A DNA stretch of 64,000 nt. Origin: Octopus sinensis (Eukaryota). The notes below the pieces were generated by a model. It saw only the letters and a program-made list of their open reading frames with translations, did no database searches and was not told the DNA's origin. The position numbers were made by a program, and so were the translations under genes. Below are positions 55,521 to 64,000 of the stretch, in pieces (position 1 is the first letter of the stretch; every line of letters begins with the position of its first letter). Location of the stretch: positions 21,451,360 to 21,515,359 of the forward strand of contig NC_043019.1 in NCBI RefSeq assembly GCF_006345805.1. Direction: 5' to 3'.

Positions 55521-57131
55521 TCGGGATGGAGTTTGGACTTGAGAAGTGTGCCAAGGCCACTTTCCAGAAAGGGAAAGTGAAGACCACAAATTCAGTCGTG
55601 TTAGATGTTGACACAGTCATAAGAGAGCTTGAGCAAGAACAAACATACAAATATTTAGGGATAAATGAAGGCTCTGGTATTCAGCATGCAAGCATGAAAG
55701 AGAAAATCAGGAAGGAATGTTATAGGAGAGTTCGTGCAGTCCTGAAATCTGAACTAAATGCACGTAACAAGGTGTTAGCTATAAATTCCCTAGCAGTTCC
55801 AGTTGTTTACTATAGCTACAATGTGTTGAACTGGAATATGAGTGAAGTAAAGAATATAGATAGAAAAATACGCAAGCTGCTGAGTTGTAATAGGATGCAC
55901 CACCCAAAGGCAGACGTAGATCGCCTTTACCTTCCCAGAGCCCAAGGAGGTCGAGGCCTGATCCAATTTGAACTAGCTTACAAACAACCCACAATTGGAC
56001 TGGCCAAATATCTCGAAATATCGAATGACTGGATGCTAAAGCTGTGGAAAATCACGAGAGACGAAAGAAGCTTCATTCTATCATCAAGGAAAGCAAAAAA
56101 TTTGCTATTGATCTCGTGCAGGATACCCAAACTGAACAACCCGAGGGAAGTACGGCAACTATTGTTGCAAAGAAGGTGAAAATGATGGCAATGAAAAAAG
56201 CGCACGAGCAATTGGCTGATAGGTGGGAGGAGAAACCTCTGCACGGCAAATATGTGACCCGCAGCAAACAAGCTGATGTTGACTAGAAGCAAACCCATCA
56301 GTGGCTGCGGAGCTCAGGGCTAAAAGCAGAGAGCGAAGGTTTCATCCTGGCTGCTCAAGACCAAAGCCTATCAACCCGGAACTACCAGGCCAATGTGATG
56401 AAAAATGGAGCAGACCCAAAATGCCGATTCTGCAACGACATGATTGAAACAGTGGACCACCTAATCTCTGGATGTAAAGTCTTAGCACCAGTGGAGTATA
56501 AATTAAGACATGACAGAGTTGGCCAATATCTCCACTGGCTAATAAGTCGGCATTACAATATCAAAACTGCCGACAAGTGGTATAATCACCACCCTGAGGC
56601 TGTAACTGAAGGAGAAAATGTAACCATTCTGTGGGACTTTCCAATAAACCAGATATTGTTGTGAAAGACCAAACCAATAAAGTTTGCTTATTGATCGACA
56701 TGAGCATCCCCTGTGATCATAATATCTCAGCGAAAGAGTTTGACAAGCTCAGAAAATATAAAGACCTACTCATTGAAATTGAGAAAATGTGGCATCTCAA
56801 GGCGGTTACAATACCAGTGATCGTAGGAGCACTAGGAATGATCAAGAAGGGAACCAAAAATTATATGAGAATGATCCCTGGCTTACCATCCCTGCAAGAA
56901 GTGCAAAAGATTGTCTTAAGATTGTCACACGTATTGAGAAGAGCATTGTCGATGTGAGAACTGTTGCTGCTCATGTATTTTAATTTAACTTTAAAAGAAA
57001 AAAAAAAAAATGAACGAACTACTGAGTTTGGTTTAATGGCCTACCAATATACACTATGAGTTTCTTTGCCCTAGGAGTCGGGAAGACACTCGGCAAGAAA
57101 TGGAAGAAAATTTGAAAGAAGAAAAAAAAAG
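55519..57131 (+). mobile_element. 5'-truncated non-LTR retrotransposon with RLE endonuclease (R4/Dong-like)
   Basis: RT C-terminal motifs IGMEFGLEKCA, YKYLGI, GGRGL; CCHC knuckle CRFC..ETVDHLISGC; RLE motifs ILWDF, KPDIVV, LIDMSIP, KYKDL, IPVIVGALG. Frameshifts near 56040 and 56645, in-frame stop at 56284, ORF end 56957, short 3' UTR, (TAA)n on both sides. Confidence 0.9.
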
Positions 57132-57220
57132 TAATAATAATAATAATAATGATAATAATGATGATGATGATGATGATGACGATGACGATGACGATGACGA
57201 TGATGATGATGATGATAATA

Positions 57221-57252
<32 letters not shown>

Positions 57253-57299
57253 AATGATGATAATAATGATGATGATGATGATGATGATAATAATAATGA

Positions 57300-57926
57300 T
57301 TTTCAAGTTTTGGCACAAGGCCAGCAATTTCAGAGAGGGCAATAGTTGATTACATTGGCCCCAGTGCTCAACTGATATTTACTTCATCAACCCCAAAATG
57401 AAGAAAAGTCAACATAAAAGGGGACAAAATGCTGCCAAGCATTTTTATCTGACATGCTAACAATTCTGCCAGTTCACCACCTTAATAATAATAATCCTTT
57501 ATACTATAGGCACAAGGCCTGAAATTTGGGGTAGGGGACTAGTCGATTACATTGACCCCAGTGCATAACTGGTACTTATTTCATTGACCCTGAAAGAATG
57601 AAAGACAATGTCAGCTTTGGGAGAATTTGAACTCAGAATGTAAGGACAGATAAAAGGCTGCCAAGCATTTTGCTCAGAATGCTAACGATTCTGCTAGCTT
57701 GCCACTTTCATAATGATAATCCTTTCAGCTAAAGGCACAAGGCCTGAAATTTTGGGGGAGGGTATCAGTCGATTACATTGACCCCAATGTTTCACTGGTA
57801 CTTAATTTATCTACCCCAAAAGGACGAAAGGCAAAGTCGACTTCAGTGGAATTTGAACTCAGAACATAGCGACAGGCAAAATACTGCTAAGCATTTCATC
57901 CAGCATGCTAATGATTCTGCCAGTTC

Positions 57927-57927
<1 letters not shown>
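57300..57927 (-). mobile_element. Three head-to-tail SINE family C copies
   Basis: Unit ggcacaaggcc...gattacattg.cccca...ctg.tac/att...aagcattt...ttctgc.ag occurs three times (about 57300, 57495, 57720), separated by short (TAA)n. Confidence 0.8.
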
Positions 57928-57961
<34 letters not shown>

Positions 57962-58596
57962 CCATGTTGGAATGATATAATATATCCATCTAAATATATA
58001 TTTCACATTATATTAAGAAGTGGTGCATGATACCAGAATTTTGGACTCAAATCAAATCTAACAAACTACTCCAAATCATTGTTAGGGTGTCCACATAAAG
58101 GAAGTCTATACCAGATAGTTTGTACTGGCATTGAGTCATGTAAGTTGTAATAATGAAGCCAGGCCAAATATTGTTATTTTGAAATCATTTAATATTAATG
58201 TTTCAGATTTGTGTAATATGCACTGGGAAAAGCATAATGGATGCATTTCCTATTATATATTGCATAGACCCGAAATGCATCTATTAGATGATTTCAAAAT
58301 ATAACTATTTGGTTTGACTTCATTATTGTAACTTGTGTACGGATGTGCATGTGTGTGTGTGTGTATATATATATAATATATATATATATATGACCCTTCA
58401 GTATGAGTCAGTCGCCATGATGGATCGTTAGCCACTACACACATTGTTTTCTCTCCTTGTTTTTTCTGTGTCCCTTTCTGTAGAAGAGCGTAGGCTTGAG
58501 ACGTAAAAGACTTTTTTCTATTCCTGAGCGTTACACTAATACATCTGTTTGTTTTGTACACCACCTGTCTTCGTCTTTTGTTTTTTCGTAAACTCT

Positions 58597-58653
<57 letters not shown>

Positions 58654-59592
58654 AGATAGATAGATAGATAGATAAATCTTTGAATAATGTAAAATAGTAA
58701 AAAAGATGTTTGGATGGCATAATATTTCAGAATATATGGTTTATTAAACATGTTTACAACTGTATGCTCTGATCTGTGAATGGGCAATGAGACGTCAACT
58801 AAATTTAGGTAAGTTAAACATAAAATCTTTGAGCTGCTTCTATGACTTGGTTATATCTTTCTTCCCCAACATCCATACCATTTCATCTTGTCTTTACCAA
58901 TCTGACAGTGTGATGTTAATGTTTAATGTGAATCAGCTGTCAGTTGTTAGTGTCTGATTGACCAGGGAATCTGCAGACATTTCCAAAGACAGATGCCATT
59001 CACTTTGGTTTTAATAACTTTATTTCGACGAGGAATGGCAATACTAGACTCTTTTGTAGAACCACCAAGAGTAGTGGGCTGAAATGGAAGGCAAGAAGCC
59101 ACAACAAGCAGGTTGATGCCAAAACAACATAAATTGACACATTAACAGATGGAGTTTTATATACACTCATACAAAAGTCCTGGTCTTCAAATACTTACAG
59201 CAGAGTAGAGTAGACTCTGTTAAAGGCAACCAAAACACTGCTGATGATGTTAAAGAAACCAGGTGACAGAATTAGGTCTAACACCCAGCAATGGATATCA
59301 TATTTAATTTGTGCCGTGATTTTCCATGTTAGTTCTCATCTGCAGATGAAACTTCATACAAAAGACTGGAGAGGAGACGCTTGCCCACTGTATGGTACAG
59401 CAGAACTCGACCCAAATTCTGAAGTGAATTTGTTAAACCACAATGCCAAATTTCCATTAATGACATGTAGAAGATGACAAAACCTGATTTGCCTCTCCTT
59501 CCTTCGAGTAACATTCGCATCACTAATACTGATAAAAAGGAAATTCTAAATTTTAACAGGACTTTATTTTGCTTTTTATTCAAGGAGTGAAC

Positions 59593-60179
59593 TATATATA
59601 TTTTCAATAAGTTTGAGTAATGCTACGATTCTGAGTAATTGCTATGAATTATGTAGTGATTAATCCTAAATCAACTCTTATCTTGGAGGCCTCTGATCAA
59701 AAGATTCTTGCTATAAACATCAATTATTTTTTATAGAATTACACAAATTACTTAGTTAATGTGTACCCTTCTTCTTTATGATATTAGGTTACAACTATGG
59801 TGATAGCTGGTGTTTCCAGTAAATTGAAACGCTATGTTAACAGAAAACACTATGATTTAGTGACGTGTACGAATATATAAATTTCCACAAAGTTCAACAT
59901 TCAACTGTGATTATTACTATCAGGATATCAATAAACAAGTTTTGTTCTGAGAAACTGAATCCCTTAGCGATATTGACGATATCAAAGACACAAGACATTC
60001 TAGAATCTACAGTACTTGAACAGCTCTTTTGAATATGAATTTACAAGAATTTACACTCAGACAGCACAAGTGGCAATCACGGATCTACAGAAATACACAC
60101 ACAAACACACAAAGAAACATGATATATATATATATATATATACTGATTATTATTATTATTATTATTTATTAGTAGTAGT

Positions 60180-60228
<49 letters not shown>

Positions 60229-60946
60229 CAGCAGCAGCAAGCAGTAGATTAGGTGATGAATAGCCAGAATCACTAGAGCTGGTTATTCATCACCCTAATC
60301 TACTGCATGGAACAAAATTAGTAGTATTTCTTCCAGCTTTTTACATTCTAAGTTCCCATGATTATATATTTTCATAAGTTTGAGTAATTGCTACGATTCT
60401 GAGTAATTGCTATGAATTATGTTAGTGATTAATCCTAAATCAACTCTTATCTTGGAGGCCTCTGATCAAAAGCATTCTTGCTATAACCATCAATTATTTT
60501 TTTATAGAATTACACATAATTACTTAAGTTAATGTGTACCCTTCTTCTTTATGATATTAGGTTAAACTTATGGTGATTTGGCTGGTGTTTCCATAAATTG
60601 AACCGCTATCGTTAACAGAAAACACTATGATTAGTGACGTTACAGAATATATAATTCCCCAAAGTTCAACATTCAACTGTGATTATACTATCAGGATATC
60701 AATAAACAAGTTCTTGTTTCTGAGGAACTGATATCCTTACGATATTGACGATATCAAAGGACATCAAAGACCTTCTAGAATCATATCATACTTGAACAGC
60801 TCTTTTGAATATGAATTTACAAGAATTTACACCAGACAGCCACAAGTGGCAATCACGGATCTACAGAATACACACACAAACACACAAAGAAACATGTATA
60901 TATATATATATATATATATACTGATTAATTATTATTATATTATTAT

Positions 60947-60990
<44 letters not shown>

Positions 60991-61691
60991 TAGTAGTAGT
61001 AGCAGCAGCAGCAGCAGTAGATTAGGGTGATGAATAGCCAGAATCACTAGAGTCTGGTTATTCATCACCCTAATCTACTGCATGGAACAAAATCTTAGTA
61101 GTATTTCTTCCAGCTTTTTACATTCTAAGTTCCCATGATTATATATATTTTCAATAAGTTTTGAGTAATTGCTACGATTCTGAGTAATTGCTATGAATTA
61201 TGTTAGTGATTAATCCTAAATCAACTCTTATCTTGGAGGCCTCTGATCAAAAGCATTCTTGCTATAACCATCAATTATTTTTTTATAGAATTACACATAA
61301 TTACTTAAGTTAATGTGTACCCTTCTTCTTTATGATATTAGGTTACAACTTATGGTGATTTGGCTGGTGTTTCCAGTAAATTGAACCGCTCATCGTTAAC
61401 AGAAAACACTATGATTTAGTGACGTGTACAGAATATATTAAATTTCCCACAAAGTTCAACATTCAACTGTGATTATTACTATCAGGATATCAATAAACAA
61501 GTTCTTGTTTCTGAGAAACTGATATCCCTTAGCGATATTGACGATATCAAAGGACATCAAAGACATTCTAGAATCATATCAAGTACTTGAACAGCTCTTT
61601 TGAATATGAATTTACAAGAATTTACACTCAGACAGCCACAAGTGGCAATCACGGATCTACAGAAATACACACACAAACACACAAAGAAACA
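59593..61691. repeat. Tandem repeat, unit about 770-780 bp, about 2.7 copies
   Basis: tatatattttca(a)taagtttgagtaa... starts at about 59595, 60363 and 61142; each long block ends at acacacaaagaaacat. Copies differ mainly by 1-2 nt indels. Confidence 0.95.
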
Positions 61692-62092
61692 TTTGTTGAT
61701 ACATGTCTACTGTAAGATACTTAGTGACTAATAGAGTGGTTTAATTCATAAAGTATTGCTGCGTGGCTAAGAAGTTTGCTTCCCAATCATGGGGTTTTGG
61801 GTTCAGTCCTAGAGTTTCTAACATTGCCCTGAGTTAATCAATTTTTTGTCAGTGAATTTTGATAGATGAAAACTGCAATAAGCCCATATATATATACATA
61901 TATATATATATATTCTTCTTCTTCTAGCATAAGGGTTTCTACATAGTGGTTTAAAAAAAAAATCCCCTCTTATATATGTATGAAATACTATTTACTGAAT
62001 CTCAGCTTTTTTTATATGCTAGACCACTGGTGTTCAAATTGATGTTATCAAATTAATATCTAATTTTTTCATCCTCATTTTGATATATATAT

Positions 62093-62126
<34 letters not shown>

Positions 62127-62462
62127 GTGAAGGCACATGGCTCAGTGGTTAGAGTGCCAAGCATACAATTGTGAGGTTATGAGCTCGAATCTCAGACCGG
62201 GCTGCGTGTTGTGTTCTTGAGCAAGACCCTTTATTTTGCATTGCCCAAGTTCACTCAGCTGTAGAAATGAGTTGCAATGTCACAGGTGCCAGGCTGTATC
62301 GGCCTTTGCCTTTCCCTTGGATAACACTGGTGGCATGGAGAGGGGAGGCTGGTATGCATGGACGACTGCTGGTCTTCCATAAACAACCTTGCCCGGACTT
62401 GTGTCTGGGAGGGTAACTTTCTAGGTGCAATCCCATGGTCAGTCATGACTGAAGGGGGTCTC
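62127..62462 (+). mobile_element. tRNA-derived SINE sharing the family D head, with a different 3' half
   Basis: tggctcagtggttagag (A box), gagctcgaatctc (B box), gttgtgttcttgagcaag, cactcagctg; inserted in (TA)n. Confidence 0.75.
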
Positions 62463-62464
62463 AG

Positions 62465-62495
<31 letters not shown>

Positions 62496-63146
62496 CAAAC
62501 AAGGCATGAATAATGGTCATTACATATTTCTTTATTGTAGTAAATTTGACTTACAACTGTTTCCAATAGTCAATATAGGTTCATTATTGATTATTTGAGA
62601 AAAATTGAAAGATCTGAAGAATTAATGTTACTCTTGTCAGAGTTATATATATATATTTTTCTTTGCTAAACTCATACATTGGATTTACTTGTGTATCTCA
62701 ATTTTCAACATCAACATAATTTTGCTATTACTTGAGACTCCAATTCAAGAGTGTAAACAGTCACAAGCTCAGGTTGAGTACTGCTTAAGAAATACTCTAA
62801 TTTCCTACACTATCAGGCCCTTGTGTGTCTTTTTTTATCAATGTTCATATTTCATTTATCACCCTGTAAGCGAAGTGGGGCAGAGGGTTGACATTCCTTC
62901 TTAACATTAGACCAGTTGTTCTATGCTTTCAAAGACTAGTGGAATGTAAAAATCCCTTTGCCAAAAACAAGAAGAGTATCCAGCTGTAATACTCTGCCTC
63001 AAATAACTCCCACTTCCTATCAAACCCATGATGAATAAATGGCCATCAAACAACACATATATATATTATTATATATATATATATATACATATGAATATAA
63101 CATACATAAAACACATAATAAACAGGTGTGTATACAATATATATAT

Positions 63147-63178
<32 letters not shown>

Positions 63179-63448
63179 CACAAACACATACATACATTTG
63201 TCTACACCATTATGACAATACATAAGTACGTATAAATGACTTTGGAACATGGATTTACAAAAATGAATATTCAAAAGTTGTGACATTCACAATTCTACAG
63301 AAACATGCACAGATGTGTGTATACATACACATATATACAAACACAGATGGAGAAACATTTGGTGATGCACAGTGATGAGAAATACTTTGATACCAATTTA
63401 TTGGTATTAGACTCTCAGTGATTTAAGACATACACATATCATGATTGA

Positions 63449-63518
<70 letters not shown>

Positions 63519-63774
63519 TACAGACTCACATATAAACATACACGTATCTATACATAAACATACATATATACATCTAAAAATAAGCATACATGTACACACA
63601 TATATACATATACAATAAACATACATGTATCTATACATAAACATACATAAATACATCTATAAATAAGCATACATATACACACATATATATACAATAAACA
63701 TACATGTATCTATACATAAACATACATATATACATATGCATACATATACACACATATATACATATACAACAAAC

Positions 63775-63821
<47 letters not shown>

Positions 63822-64000
63822 AAACTATACATAAACAGTTCTACATACATGTATATCTCTACATATAACTACACATATATCTTTACATACATATATCTAC
63901 GCATACATCTTTACATACATATATCTAAACATACACCTATAGGTATATATAAATATTTTGTTCTACGGTTTACTTTGCTTCATTCACAGTCTATGGTCAT

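Noticed and set aside
55229-56179. 316-aa ORF with a poly-N/D N-terminus, as a host gene
   Set aside because: Chance fusion of a (TAA)n tract with a truncated LINE RT fragment.
58900-59100. Minus-strand acceptor (ccttccatttcAG) followed by PTTLGGSTKESSIAIPRRNK..., as an upstream MPDZ exon
   Set aside because: No convincing donor giving the phase 2 needed by the 50578 exon before a stop, and no homology recognised; left uncalled.

Overview
AT-rich eukaryotic DNA crowded with microsatellites and SINEs; the repeat landscape suggests an octopus or other coleoid cephalopod (inference). The window lies inside one large minus-strand gene of the MPDZ/PATJ multi-PDZ scaffold family. Five phase-compatible exons (50578-50301, 47287-47160, 45502-45392, 37351-37202, 5445-5376) encode one PDZ domain resembling human MPDZ PDZ7 and the linker to the next PDZ. 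The introns hold at least four SINE families, 5'-truncated R4/Dong-like LINEs sitting in (TAA)n, CR1-like and RTE-like 3' fragments, a decayed mariner, piggyBac-like MITEs, a Helentron-type non-autonomous element, and two near-identical tandem duplications that may be assembly artefacts. Almost all ORFs in the supplied track are spurious microsatellite or SINE translations. The most notable observations are a hammerhead-ribozyme fold with a U3-A8 core variant at the tip of a long rod (41280-41413), a 29-bp hairpin apparently made by template switching inside a SINE remnant, repeated LINE insertion into (TAA)n, and candidate cassette exons in the inter-PDZ linker. Repeat boundaries were read by eye and are approximate.
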